From: Longimicrobiales bacterium
GTDB taxonomy: Bacteria > Gemmatimonadota > Gemmatimonadetes > Longimicrobiales > Gaopeijiaceae
Assembly (NCBI GenBank): GCA_965219445.1
Contig: CBDCNQ010000004.1
Location: 1,120,001-1,184,000 of the forward strand
DNA: 64,000 bases
Reading direction: 5' to 3'
Shown here: piece by piece, positions 39,717-49,766 of the stretch
Layout of the letters: every line of letters starts with the position of its first letter
Numbering within the stretch: position 1 is the first letter of the stretch
Made by a program: the position numbers and the translations under genes
Notes under the pieces: generated by a model
What the model saw: the letters and a program-made list of their open reading frames with translations, nothing else
What the model was told of the DNA's origin: nothing
Database searches by the model: none

Positions 39717-42044
39717 ATGATGTCCCCCCTCATGCTCGCGGCAACGCTTCTGGTCATGCAGGTGCCGGCCGACGGAGTGACGCCTGACGGAGCCGTCCCG
39801 GGGGGGGAGATACCCGGTGACGAGATCGTCTCCGGAGTGATCGAGGGGGTCGTGCGCACCTACGAGGGGACGAACGTGCGCCCCCTCCCCTTTGCCATCA
39901 TTCAGGCGTCGCTCCCGGGGGAGTTGCGGACCACCCTGGCCGACAGCCTGGGGAGATACCGCTTAGAGGCGGTGCCGCAGGGGACGGTGCTCTTGCGGAT
40001 CAGCCATGTCGGCCACCGTTCTGCGCGCGTGAACGTGGCGGTACCGGACGGCGAAACCGTCCTCCTCGACATCGATCTCGAATGGAACCCCATCGCCATT
40101 ACGGCCATCAGGGTCCTGGCCGATCGGATCCCCTCGCCAAGAGCGCCAGCGCAATTGGACACGCCCATTCCCAGAGTCGAGGTGATCGCTCTCGGGGTGA
40201 GCGCAGGAATGGCCGAGGCTGGACTCGGCGAGGCGGCGGCAGCCCTGCCCGGCAACGATCCGGCCGATCCCTCGGACGTCCTGTTTATGCGCGGCTCGAC
40301 GACCGATCTGAAGCTCGTGCTGCTCGACGGAGCGCCCGTCTATACGCCGTTCCACCTCGGTGGTCTGCTCAGCAGTTTCGATGCATCAGCGCTCGGAGCG
40401 GCAGTTTTGCATACCGGGGGCGCTCCCGCGCGCTACGACGGGGGGCTGTCCTACATCCTGGACCTGAGGACTCGCCCTCCCCAGCGTGACCGGTTCCACG
40501 TGCGTGGAGGCCTCGACCTCATCAGCGGGAATATCGCGGCGGAAGGACCGATCGGGGACCGTGTGGGTGTCGCGGCCTCCAGCCGAAGCCTGCACGACTA
40601 CGGCGCCGCGGTCTTGGGTGGTGGGCACACGCCGTACGGGTATCGGGACGCTCTTGGGCGAGTCGATGCGAGCCTGGGTGCCGGACACGTCCTAAGCGCC
40701 ACTGCATTCTGGAATCAGGAGTCCGTCCTCCTGAATCTGAACCGAACCGACTCGGACCCGAGTGCGTCGTTCGTAGTCCCCGAGAGTGCGACATGGGGCA
40801 ATCAAGCGCTTGTCATCGCCTACCGCGGGAGAGTGGCCGACGTCACCCTCGACGTGACGGCGTCCGCAAGCGGATACCGGGCCAAGCTTCCACTGCGGCC
40901 ACCCCCGGACGCCCAAACTCCGGCCGTGGAGAACGACGGGCTCCTTGCTGGTGCGGAGACCGAGCGGTTGCGTCTGGCCCTCGACGGTTCCGCCCCACTG
41001 GGCGTATCCCGGCTCCGATTTGGAGCCACGCTGGACCGGACAGAGAGCCTCTACTCGGCCCGCCGCTTCGCGGATGTCGGGACGGGCACCGGAGTCGATA
41101 CGAAGGCAGACGGGCTCGCAGCGGGAGTGTATGCGGACGGTGTACGGGGCTTGGCTCCGGGCCTCGACCTTCGGGTCGGCTTGCGCGCTGACGCGTTCTC
41201 GACGGAACGAGGAGTCCGCCTCGCACCCCGGGTCGCTTTCCTCTGGAGTCTGAGTGCCGAGGCGCTCCTGACGGTGGCAGCCGGTCGGTACCACCAGTTT
41301 TCGCGTGTATCAGATCAGCGGGTGGACTTCACGGTGTCGGACGGAGCGCTCGGGGCCCCCGGGGGAACGCTCCTCTCGGTCGCGACAGCGGACCACGTAG
41401 CTGTGTCGCTGGATCAGCAGCTGACCGATCGCGTACGCCTCGGCATCCAAGGCTTCTGGAAAGGGTTCACCGGCCTGGGAGTGTCCGGAAGTGAAGTCCT
41501 CCACAGCCCCGGCATCGACCTCCAAGTGCTCCACGAGGGGGCTCCGATCACGGCATGGGTCGGATACAACCTGTCCTGGTTCTGGTCCGGGGGAAGCGGA
41601 CTAGGCGGAACCTCGAACTTCGCCGGCCGGCAGCTTCTCAGCGCTGGCTTGAGGGGGTCACCCGAGGGACGGATCGGGGGAGCGGTGAGCATAGGATACA
41701 GCGCGGGCCTGCCCTACACGAGTATCCCGTTCGGGAGCAGAACCGCCGAGGATGCCACCCTTTCACCAGCGACTGCCCTTCCGGGTGAACTCGCGCAAGA
41801 GGATCCGGCGTTCTCGGGGCGCCCCGATGACGGATTCCTGCGCCTCGACGTCGAGTTGTTCACTCGTTTCAACGCACGGATCCTCGGACAAGACTTCGAC
41901 GTCCGACCCTACCTCCGGGTGATCAACGCGCTCGACCAGCGCGACGCGCTCTTCTTCTACTTCGAGCCGTGGCGCGATGCTGAGCTTCGCCCGCTCGCAG
42001 AGCGTAGTCTCCTCCCCGTTCTCGGTATGGAGTGGCGTTTCTGA
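39717..42044 (+). CDS. TonB-dependent receptor
   Basis: N-terminal carboxypeptidase-regulatory-like domain, plug (RGS...LLDGAPVY, GGAPARY) and terminal MEWRF. Confidence 0.85.
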   Translation: MMSPLMLAATLLVMQVPADGVTPDGAVPGGEIPGDEIVSGVIEGVVRTYEGTNVRPLPFAIIQASLPGELRTTLADSLGRYRLEAVPQGTVLLRISHVGHRSARVNVAVPDGETVLLDIDLEWNPIAITAIRVLADRIPSPRAPAQLDTPIPRVEVIALGVSAGMAEAGLGEAAAALPGNDPADPSDVLFMRGSTTDLKLVLLDGAPVYTPFHLGGLLSSFDASALGAAVLHTGGAPARYDGGLSYILDLRTRPPQRDRFHVRGGLDLISGNIAAEGPIGDRVGVAASSRSLHDYGAAVLGGGHTPYGYRDALGRVDASLGAGHVLSATAFWNQESVLLNLNRTDSDPSASFVVPESATWGNQALVIAYRGRVADVTLDVTASASGYRAKLPLRPPPDAQTPAVENDGLLAGAETERLRLALDGSAPLGVSRLRFGATLDRTESLYSARRFADVGTGTGVDTKADGLAAGVYADGVRGLAPGLDLRVGLRADAFSTERGVRLAPRVAFLWSLSAEALLTVAAGRYHQFSRVSDQRVDFTVSDGALGAPGGTLLSVATADHVAVSLDQQLTDRVRLGIQGFWKGFTGLGVSGSEVLHSPGIDLQVLHEGAPITAWVGYNLSWFWSGGSGLGGTSNFAGRQLLSAGLRGSPEGRIGGAVSIGYSAGLPYTSIPFGSRTAEDATLSPATALPGELAQEDPAFSGRPDDGFLRLDVELFTRFNARILGQDFDVRPYLRVINALDQRDALFFYFEPWRDAELRPLAERSLLPVLGMEWRF

Positions 42045-42154
42045 CGTTTCGTGTGTCTGACGTCACGAATCACTTCGGCAGTTCGTTTCTCTGGTGTGGT
42101 GTCCCGGAAGTTCCCTGGACACCGATCCGGTTCCTTTCGACTTGGAGAAACGAG

Positions 42155-43000
42155 ATGCGCCTCCCCAAACCGTCATCGTTCCTCACCTGCCCAGTGCCTC
42201 TAACGCGCTCCAAGCTGCTCACACGCGCAATACTGCTCACCGTGATCCTGGGTACGACCGTCCTGTGGATGACTCCGGTGCGTTCCCGAGCCCAGGTCAT
42301 TTCGCTCAAGACTGTCCCGGTGGCAACGGGCGATCAGTTCCTGCTCCTTCCTTCCGAGCGGCTCGGAATGGGAGGCATGTCTATCGCACTCGACGACATG
42401 CTGCTCGATCCCTTCGTGAACCCGGCGAAGGGCGCGCTCATCAGCGAGTCGGTCCTTCTGGGAACTCCGACGTTCTACGGAATCTCCAACGCAAGTGGCG
42501 CCGGCCGGTCCCTCCCGGTTAGCGCGCTCTTCCGCTCGAACCGCGGGTTCGGCGCCATCTCGTTCGCCCTACAGCAACTCGAGTCGGGTCAGCAGCAGGA
42601 TGTCATCTTCTTCGCGACCGACGTGTTTTGGGCGGGACCGCAACAACGCCTCAGCGAGTCGTCGGCCACCAATCTGTACCTGAATGGATCGGTCGGGAGG
42701 GAGCTCGGTGACAGTGGCTTTTCCGTAGGCGCGGGGGTCTCGTGGGCGGGCCTGAACGCTCTCGACGGTGTGGAGCACCTCTACGCCCTGAGCAACGGGA
42801 TCGACCAGTCAGGTCACCAGGCCGATTTCCGTGCGGGCTTGTTCTGGGATCGGCGGGAGGAGCACCATCTACCCATCCGGCCTGACCCGGGGCCACCAGC
42901 TGGTCCTGGGAAGTTTGGTCGTTGCCGTCAACCTAGGCGCTTATGGATTCCTGCTATGGCGGCGCTCCGCGGGTATATCCTCGGCGGAGGCCCATCGTGA
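42155..43000 (+). pseudogene. Probable outer-membrane protein, apparently C-terminally truncated
   Basis: Signal peptide, MGGMSIALDD...DPFVNPA and beta-strands until ~42850, then Pro/Arg-rich non-protein-like sequence. Confidence 0.5.
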
Positions 43001-43018
43001 ATAAGCAAGAGTCCCGCC

Positions 43019-45166
43019 CTAACGACTCGGCAGCTTGAAGACGTACAAGGCGTTCCCATTCTGGGGATGCCGGATTTCAGGCGTCACCGCGCGCGGCACA
43101 CCGCGCGGGCTCCCGCCCCCCACGCCAGTGCTGATGGCGATGTACTGTTCCCCATCCACCTCGAAGGACACCGGGAAGCCTTGGACCGACGTCCCGAGCC
43201 TGGTCTGCCACAGAACCTCACCGTTCCGAACGTCGTAGGCACGGAAGTAACGGTCGAGGTCACCCGGGAAGACGAGGCCGCCCCCAGTGCTCAGCGTGGC
43301 CGTGAGAAAGGCCGCCCGCTGTTCGACGCTCCACAGCTCTTCCATCGTATCGATTTCGTAGGCGCCGAGTTTACCCAAGCGACCGTTGGTTCCGGGCATA
43401 TCATTGAAGCGTCGGGACGCGCTCGAGCCGCCCGAACCGGGCTCGAGCACCATCGGTCGCCCCTGGATCTCCAGGCAACTCTGTGAGAGCGGAACGATGA
43501 GCGCGTTCACTTCGGGGCTATAGGACATCGACGGCCAGTTGTGGCCGCCTGCGGTGCTCGGGCACACGGCCACCCAGTCGCCGATCCCAGCCGAAGCGAT
43601 GTCTTCGCGGTAGCGGACCACGCCCGTCCGCGGATCGATGAAGTCGAAAATGTTCTGGTAGATCGACTCCTTGTGCGCCAGGTACTCTCCCCTCTCCCGA
43701 TCCAGCTTCCAGAGGATTCCGTGTTTCCCCATCGCGAACAGCAGGCGCTGGCCGTTGCGATCGATCAGGACCTGCTCGAAGGCCTCGTCCAGGTCGAGCG
43801 ATTCACCGGGAACGTGCTGGCGGTACCAGACGATGGAGCCGTCGTCCGGATCGATTGCCAGGGTGGAGTTGGAATAGAGCGCCGCGTCCTGAACCGTGAG
43901 GCCGCGGCTCGCGGCCACCCACGGCTTGGGCTGGGCGGTTCCCCAGTAGATGAGCCCGAGTTCGGGATCGTAGCTGCCGGTGTTCCACACGTCGACGCCC
44001 CCGCGGAGCTCCAACGGCAGATCACCCCAGGTGTCGCCCCCGGGCTCTCCCGGACGGGCGACCGTGAAGGTCCGCCACACTTCCTCGCCAGTGACGGCGT
44101 CGTGCGCCGTGATGAAGCAGCTCTCCTCGAAGAAGCGGGTGCACCCATTGATGCCGTTGAGTACCTTTCCCTGGACGACGATCGGACCGGCCGAGTTGGT
44201 GAAGCCCTGGTGATGGTCGGCGATCTGAGTCTCCCACACCGTCTCCCCAGTGCGGGCGTCTAGCGCTACCATGTAGGCGTCCCTGGTCGGGACGAAGATG
44301 TTCTCGCCGTAGATCGCCAGGTTGCGGAGTTGATTGAAACCACCGCGTGAAAAGTCGTCCGCGAATTCGCGCCTGTATTCCCAGAGCAGGGTGCCGTCGG
44401 TCCCGTCGAGCGCCTGAATGACGTTGCCCGGATTGGCGAGGTAAACGATGCCGTCATGCACCAGGGGCGTCGGCTGGTTGGTCCCGTCGCCCATCGCCCA
44501 CACCCACGCGAGCCTCAAACCGTCCACGTTGCTCCGGTTGATCTGGTCGAGCGGGCTGAAGCCCTGCGAATCGTATGTGCGCCGGTAGTTGATCCAATCG
44601 CCGTCGTCGGGATTGAGGAGATCCTGTTCGCTAACCGGCTCGAAGTCGGCGATCTCATGGAAGGTCCGAGTCACGCCCCTGGGCCCGGACGGATCGTCAT
44701 CGGCGGCCGCCCGCCGGCCCGCGTCGGCGGCCGCAGATACCTCGGCCACGGCACCCGTCAGCATGGACCCCACGGTCGTCTCGCGATTCGCTTGGACCAC
44801 CCGGCCGTCCCACTCCAAACCGTTGGCCGCTAGCACGTAGACCGTAATCGCATCGTATTCGGCCTCCCTCAACGAGTTAGGAGCCTCGGGAGGCATCGTA
44901 CGAACCGTCGCACGGAATTCGTTGAGCGTGCGCTCCGTCCAAACCGCACGGAAGTTGGGACCCGCCAACTCGGGCGCTTCGAACGATCCTCCGAGTGAGC
45001 CGAGGTGACAGGCCGCGCACACGCTTTCATAAGCGGCTTGGCCTGTGGTGTGCACCTCTTCGGTCAGCGAGAGAGGGGCCGCGTCCTGGGCGCTCAGCAG
45101 CGACCCCGGCGGCAGGAGAAACAGCGCAGCCGCGGCCCAAGCAAAAGATTTGGTAAAGCTCTTCAT
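43019..45166 (-). CDS. PQQ-dependent dehydrogenase with N-terminal cytochrome c
   Basis: Signal peptide, CAACH heme motif, axial Met (TMPP), then a PQQ propeller (SPLDQIN, YDPELGLIYWG). Confidence 0.9.
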   Translation of the reverse strand: MKSFTKSFAWAAAALFLLPPGSLLSAQDAAPLSLTEEVHTTGQAAYESVCAACHLGSLGGSFEAPELAGPNFRAVWTERTLNEFRATVRTMPPEAPNSLREAEYDAITVYVLAANGLEWDGRVVQANRETTVGSMLTGAVAEVSAAADAGRRAAADDDPSGPRGVTRTFHEIADFEPVSEQDLLNPDDGDWINYRRTYDSQGFSPLDQINRSNVDGLRLAWVWAMGDGTNQPTPLVHDGIVYLANPGNVIQALDGTDGTLLWEYRREFADDFSRGGFNQLRNLAIYGENIFVPTRDAYMVALDARTGETVWETQIADHHQGFTNSAGPIVVQGKVLNGINGCTRFFEESCFITAHDAVTGEEVWRTFTVARPGEPGGDTWGDLPLELRGGVDVWNTGSYDPELGLIYWGTAQPKPWVAASRGLTVQDAALYSNSTLAIDPDDGSIVWYRQHVPGESLDLDEAFEQVLIDRNGQRLLFAMGKHGILWKLDRERGEYLAHKESIYQNIFDFIDPRTGVVRYREDIASAGIGDWVAVCPSTAGGHNWPSMSYSPEVNALIVPLSQSCLEIQGRPMVLEPGSGGSSASRRFNDMPGTNGRLGKLGAYEIDTMEELWSVEQRAAFLTATLSTGGGLVFPGDLDRYFRAYDVRNGEVLWQTRLGTSVQGFPVSFEVDGEQYIAISTGVGGGSPRGVPRAVTPEIRHPQNGNALYVFKLPSR

Positions 45167-45234
45167 AGGAGTGCGTCCAGTAAGTCGACGGATCCGGTCT
45201 TGGGCGGGCTCGGCGCGCTCGCGGCGGCCCAGCT

Positions 45235-45741
45235 CCGGCGGTTGTGCTGCCGCAGGGCGCGCTCTTCCGCAAGGGTGCCGAGGGCGCCATTCGGCAGCAC
45301 CTCTTGGAGCGTGATCTTATCGAAGCAGTCATTGGGTTGGGCCCGAACATCTTCTATGGCACTGGGCTCGCGCCCGCGATTGTCGTCCTTCGGCGGGCGA
45401 AGACTGCCACGCGGAAGGGACAGGTGCTGATAGTGGACGCTTCGACCATGTTCCGGAAAGGTCGAGCTCAGAACTTTCTCGATCCCGAGCACCGCGAGCA
45501 CATCGTTGCCTGGGTGCACGCTTTCAAGGATGTAGCGGATCGCGCCAAAGTTGTCAGCCTGCGTGAGATCACGGCTGAAGATTGGACGCTCAACATCTCG
45601 CGCTACGTGCTGCCGCCTATCGGGGAGGAGATCCCACCGTTGCCAGAGGCGATCGCGGCCTTCAAGCAGGCGCTCTCTGAATGCCGAGGGGCCGAGGACC
45701 GCCTGCGGGAGGTCATGACCGACGGAAACTGGCTCGCATGA
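45235..45741 (+). pseudogene. hsdM: Type I R-M methyltransferase subunit M1, C-terminal fragment only
   Basis: AVVLPQGALFR, EAVIGLGPNIFYGTG and WTLNISRYV; SAM-binding and NPP motifs are missing; TGA overlaps the ATG of M2. Confidence 0.85.
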
Positions 45742-47249
45742 GCACATCCGCTGAACACATGAGCCAGCAGGACCTTGAGTCCTACCTCTGGGGCGCCGCG
45801 AAGCTCTTGCGGGGCCTGATCGATGCCGGCGACTACAAGCAGTACGTCTTCCCGTTGCTCTTCTTCAAGCGCCTGTCGGACGTGTGGGACGAGGAGTACC
45901 AACGCGCGCGCGACGAGACGGGTAACGCTCGGGCCACTGCCGATGACCGTTTCGTGATCCCCGACGGCGCACACTGGTCCGACGTCCGCAGTGCGTCTCG
46001 CGACGTGGGCCGGGCACTGCTTAAGGCCTTCCGCGCCATTGAGGCGGCCAACCCGGAGCGCCTGAACGGCGTCTTCGGGAATGCCTCGTGGACAGACAAG
46101 GCGCAGATGCCCGACGAGACGCTGAAGAATCTCATCGAGCACTTTTCACAGCACACCTTGAGCTTGGCCAAGGTCCCAGAGGACGAGCTGGGCAACGGCT
46201 ACGAGTACCTCATCAAGCAGTTCGCCGCCGACAGCGGCCACACCGCGCAGGAATTTTACACCAACCGCACCGTGGTCCATCTCATGACGCAGATGCTTGA
46301 GCCGCAACCGGGTGATCGCATCTACGATCCAACGGCCGGCACGGCCGGCATGCTCATCTCGTCGCTGGCGGAGGTGAAACGCCGAGGCGGTGACGCGCGC
46401 ACGCTGGGGCTATACGGCCAGGAGCTGATCCACATCACGGCCGCCATTGCCCGGATGAACTTGGTCCTGCACGGCGTGGAAGACTTCGAGATCGTCGCGG
46501 GCAACACGTTGAGCCAGCCAGCATTCATCGACCGCGACCACCTACGGACTTTCGACGTGGTCCTCGCCAATCCGCCGTACTCGATCAAGAAGTGGAACCG
46601 CGAGGCGTGGCAGCACGACCCCTGGGGCCGCAACTTCCTCGGGACGCCGCCGCAGGGCCGCGCCGACTACGCCTTCTTCCAGCACATCCTCAAGAGCCTC
46701 GACCCACAGACCGGCCGCTGCGCAATTCTCTTCCCGCATGGTGTGCTCTTCCGCAACGAAGAAGCGGCGATGCGGCGACAGCTTGTCGAGTTGGACCTTC
46801 TCGAGTGTGTGCTCGGCCTCGGACCGAACCTCTTCTATAACTCGCCCATGGAAGCCTGCGTGGTGGTGTGCCGAACACGGAAGCCCTCCGGCCGCGAGGG
46901 AAAGGTCTTGTTCATCGACGCTGTGCATGACGTGGCACGGGAGCGGGCCCAGAGCTTCCTCAAGGCCGAACATCAGCAGCGCATTCTCACCGCCTATCAG
47001 GCGTTTACCGATGACCCCGGCTTCGCCAAGGTCGCGACGGCGACGGAAATCCTCCAGAAGGACGGCAACCTGTCGATCTCACGCTACGTGCGGCCAGTTG
47101 CCGGTGCAGCCGACGACGCCAGCCCAGGCGGCGATCTGCGGAGCGCTTGGGCCGAGTTCGAAGCGAGCGGCCGCGATTTCTGGCCGCAGATGGACGCGCT
47201 CGTAGACATACTGGATGGCGTTGCCACAGAGGAGACGTCCGATGCTTAA
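45738..47249 (+). CDS. hsdM: Type I R-M methyltransferase subunit M2 (NPPY)
   Basis: LWGAAKLLRG, EFYT, YDPTAGTAGML, LYGQE, ANPPY and FPHGVLFR. Confidence 0.95.
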   Translation: MSTSAEHMSQQDLESYLWGAAKLLRGLIDAGDYKQYVFPLLFFKRLSDVWDEEYQRARDETGNARATADDRFVIPDGAHWSDVRSASRDVGRALLKAFRAIEAANPERLNGVFGNASWTDKAQMPDETLKNLIEHFSQHTLSLAKVPEDELGNGYEYLIKQFAADSGHTAQEFYTNRTVVHLMTQMLEPQPGDRIYDPTAGTAGMLISSLAEVKRRGGDARTLGLYGQELIHITAAIARMNLVLHGVEDFEIVAGNTLSQPAFIDRDHLRTFDVVLANPPYSIKKWNREAWQHDPWGRNFLGTPPQGRADYAFFQHILKSLDPQTGRCAILFPHGVLFRNEEAAMRRQLVELDLLECVLGLGPNLFYNSPMEACVVVCRTRKPSGREGKVLFIDAVHDVARERAQSFLKAEHQQRILTAYQAFTDDPGFAKVATATEILQKDGNLSISRYVRPVAGAADDASPGGDLRSAWAEFEASGRDFWPQMDALVDILDGVATEETSDA

Positions 47250-48423
47250 ATCGGCGTCCAAGAACGGGTGGATCAAGCACCGCTTCGATGAGATGGCGGT
47301 CGTGGTCAATGACCGCATCGATGACCCTGCCAAAGCCGACGTTGAGTACTACGTCGGCCTTGAGCATCTCGACTCTGAGTCACTCGCCATCCGTCGATGG
47401 GGAGCACCCTCTGACGTAGGTGCAACCAAACTGCGATTTCGGGCTGGTGACATCATCTTCGGTCGGCGGCGGGTGTACCAACGCAAGCTGGCGGTGGCCG
47501 ACTTTGACGGCATTTGTTCGGCGCACGCCATGGTACTCCGGGCGAAGCCAGCCGTCGCGTTGCCTGAGTTCCTACCATTTTTCATGCAGAGCGACCTCTT
47601 TATGGAGAGGGCGAGGGAGATTTCTGTCGGATCCCTGTCGCCGACAATCAACTGGAAGACCTTGGCGAAGGAAGAGTTCGCCCTGCCGCCGCTGGGAGAG
47701 CAGCGGCGGATTGCTGAGGTTCTAGGTGCAGCGGAGTCGGTGGTTGAGTCGCTACGTAACCTGAGACGATCGCTCCACGCTGTAGAAATCGGACACCTTG
47801 AGGACGTCATGCTCGGAATGCCTAATAGTGCACTTGTACCTGTGGCGACACTACTCCGCGAGCCGCCGCGAAACGGCATCTCCCCGAGTGTAAACTCCGA
47901 TGGAGAAGGCCTCAAGACAGTGAGTATCAGCGCGGTCAGTGACGGGATCTTCGATCCAACCGGGTGCATCAAACATGCGAAGATCGATGCTGACGTTGCC
48001 TGCCAGTTCTTTGTAAAGCGCGGGGATGCCTTTGTCATTCGTGGCAACGGGAATCGTCAACTTTGCGGCAAGGTGGGCCTCAGCGACGAATCCCACGATG
48101 AACTCTTCTACCCGGATCTTCTAATTCGGCTTCGTTTTGACACGAACAAAATTCTCCCGCAGTTCGCAGTAGCACAGTGGAACTTGCCCAGCGTCCATAG
48201 GCGGCTTAGTGCTAAAGCTAAGTCATCAAATGGGATCTGGAAGGTCAATGGACAAGACATCCGTGCTCACCATCTCTTCGCCCCTGCTCCTGCGGAACAG
48301 CGGAGCATGATGGGAGATCTCGCCACGCTTCGGGCGGGTCTTTGGAATGTCCGGGCACGCGAAGGAGCCGCTCAGCGTATCAAAGGGATATTAACGACAG
48401 AGGTTGGGTCAATAGGTGTGTAA
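47242..48423 (+). CDS. hsdS: Type I R-M specificity subunit
   Basis: Two TRDs with PPLGEQRRIA and PAPAEQR conserved regions; the last codons and stop lie inside the IS256 repeat. Confidence 0.9.
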   Translation: MLKSASKNGWIKHRFDEMAVVVNDRIDDPAKADVEYYVGLEHLDSESLAIRRWGAPSDVGATKLRFRAGDIIFGRRRVYQRKLAVADFDGICSAHAMVLRAKPAVALPEFLPFFMQSDLFMERAREISVGSLSPTINWKTLAKEEFALPPLGEQRRIAEVLGAAESVVESLRNLRRSLHAVEIGHLEDVMLGMPNSALVPVATLLREPPRNGISPSVNSDGEGLKTVSISAVSDGIFDPTGCIKHAKIDADVACQFFVKRGDAFVIRGNGNRQLCGKVGLSDESHDELFYPDLLIRLRFDTNKILPQFAVAQWNLPSVHRRLSAKAKSSNGIWKVNGQDIRAHHLFAPAPAEQRSMMGDLATLRAGLWNVRAREGAAQRIKGILTTEVGSIGV

Positions 48424-48428
48424 ATGTT

Positions 48429-49673
48429 TCAGGCGGCGTTTTTCCGCTGTTGGGTTGAGACGGGCTTTCCGTCTTCGAACTTTCTTCCTTCAAATACGTC
48501 CTTGAGGAGGTGAGGAGCGTCGAGCCTTCTGAAGCGCTTCTCCGCCACCAAGAGCAGCTTCCAGATCAGCGCCGTAGCGCTCTCGACCCGCTTGAAGCGC
48601 TTCGCCGCCGTTGTCCTGAGCCGTACTGCGGCAAAGGGGCTCTCGACCACGTTCGTCGTGCGTAGATGCTTCCAGTGGTCCTCGGGGAAGTCGTAGAACG
48701 CCACCATCCGCTCCCAGTCGTCCTCGAGTACATCCACCGCCTTCGGATACCACGGTCTGTAGCGCCTGGCGAACGCCTCACGGGCCTTCAGCGCCTCGGA
48801 CCGCCTCGGTGCGTAGACCACGGTCCTGAGAAGGTCCTTCGCCTCGCTCTGCTCCCGCTGAGGCAGCCGGTCCAGCACGTTCCTCATCTTGTGGTTCCAG
48901 CACCGTTGCTCGCCCGCCTCAGGCCATACCTGCCGTACTGCGCCCCAGATCGCCGCGTTGCCGTCCGCCATCAAAAGCCGGGGCGCCTCGATGCCGCGTG
49001 CCTTCAGATCCCGCAACACCTCGGACCAGGACTCGACCGACTCTCGGTAGCCCGATCTCAGGGCCAACACCTCCTTCGTACCATCTCGCATCGCACCGAG
49101 AACCACCAGCAGCGCTGCCTTGTCCCGCTCGAGCCCCGCCTTCACGTAGATCCCGTCCGCCCAGACGTAGACGACCTCACGGTCGGCCAGCGAGCGCTTC
49201 GACCATTCCTCGAATTTCCTTGTCCATCCCGCCCGCAGCCGCCAAATCGAAGACTTCGACAACGGGGCCCCCTCGCCCAGCAGGCCCCGCATCGCCAGCT
49301 CGAAGTCTCCCTCCGCCAGCCCGTGCAGATACAGCTCCGGAAGCAGAGCACCCACCTCCTTCGTCCGTCGTGCGAACAACGGCAACACCCGACTCTCGAA
49401 CCGCTCCTCAATGCCTCGAACCCGGGGCCGTCGGAGCATGATCGTGCCCGAGCTCATCGCCAGCCGCCGAGCCTTGCCGTAGCCGTTGCGGTAGCCTGGC
49501 GCCGGGTCTACGACCGTCTTCCGCTCCGACTTCTCCCGGCCGAGCAACTCCGTCACTTCCTCCTCCAGAATCCGCTGGACCATCTCCTGGGCCTTCTCAC
49601 GAACCAGCGCTTCCAAGCACTCCCACGTCGGCGTGCTGGACTCACTCTCGGGTCCCACCATATTCTTCCTCAC
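48429..49673 (-). CDS. IS256 family transposase
   Basis: YRNGY, RPRVR, WADGIY (D), MADG (D), QRCWNH and TTNVVE (E). Confidence 0.95.
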   Translation of the reverse strand: MRKNMVGPESESSTPTWECLEALVREKAQEMVQRILEEEVTELLGREKSERKTVVDPAPGYRNGYGKARRLAMSSGTIMLRRPRVRGIEERFESRVLPLFARRTKEVGALLPELYLHGLAEGDFELAMRGLLGEGAPLSKSSIWRLRAGWTRKFEEWSKRSLADREVVYVWADGIYVKAGLERDKAALLVVLGAMRDGTKEVLALRSGYRESVESWSEVLRDLKARGIEAPRLLMADGNAAIWGAVRQVWPEAGEQRCWNHKMRNVLDRLPQREQSEAKDLLRTVVYAPRRSEALKAREAFARRYRPWYPKAVDVLEDDWERMVAFYDFPEDHWKHLRTTNVVESPFAAVRLRTTAAKRFKRVESATALIWKLLLVAEKRFRRLDAPHLLKDVFEGRKFEDGKPVSTQQRKNAA

Positions 49674-49766
49674 GAGGCATCGTTCCTTTCCCCCGGGCGC
49701 TCACCCGGGATTCGCTGGTTAACTTCTTACTACCTAGCGGAAAGGTACGTCGCCTCTTTTTTTACA

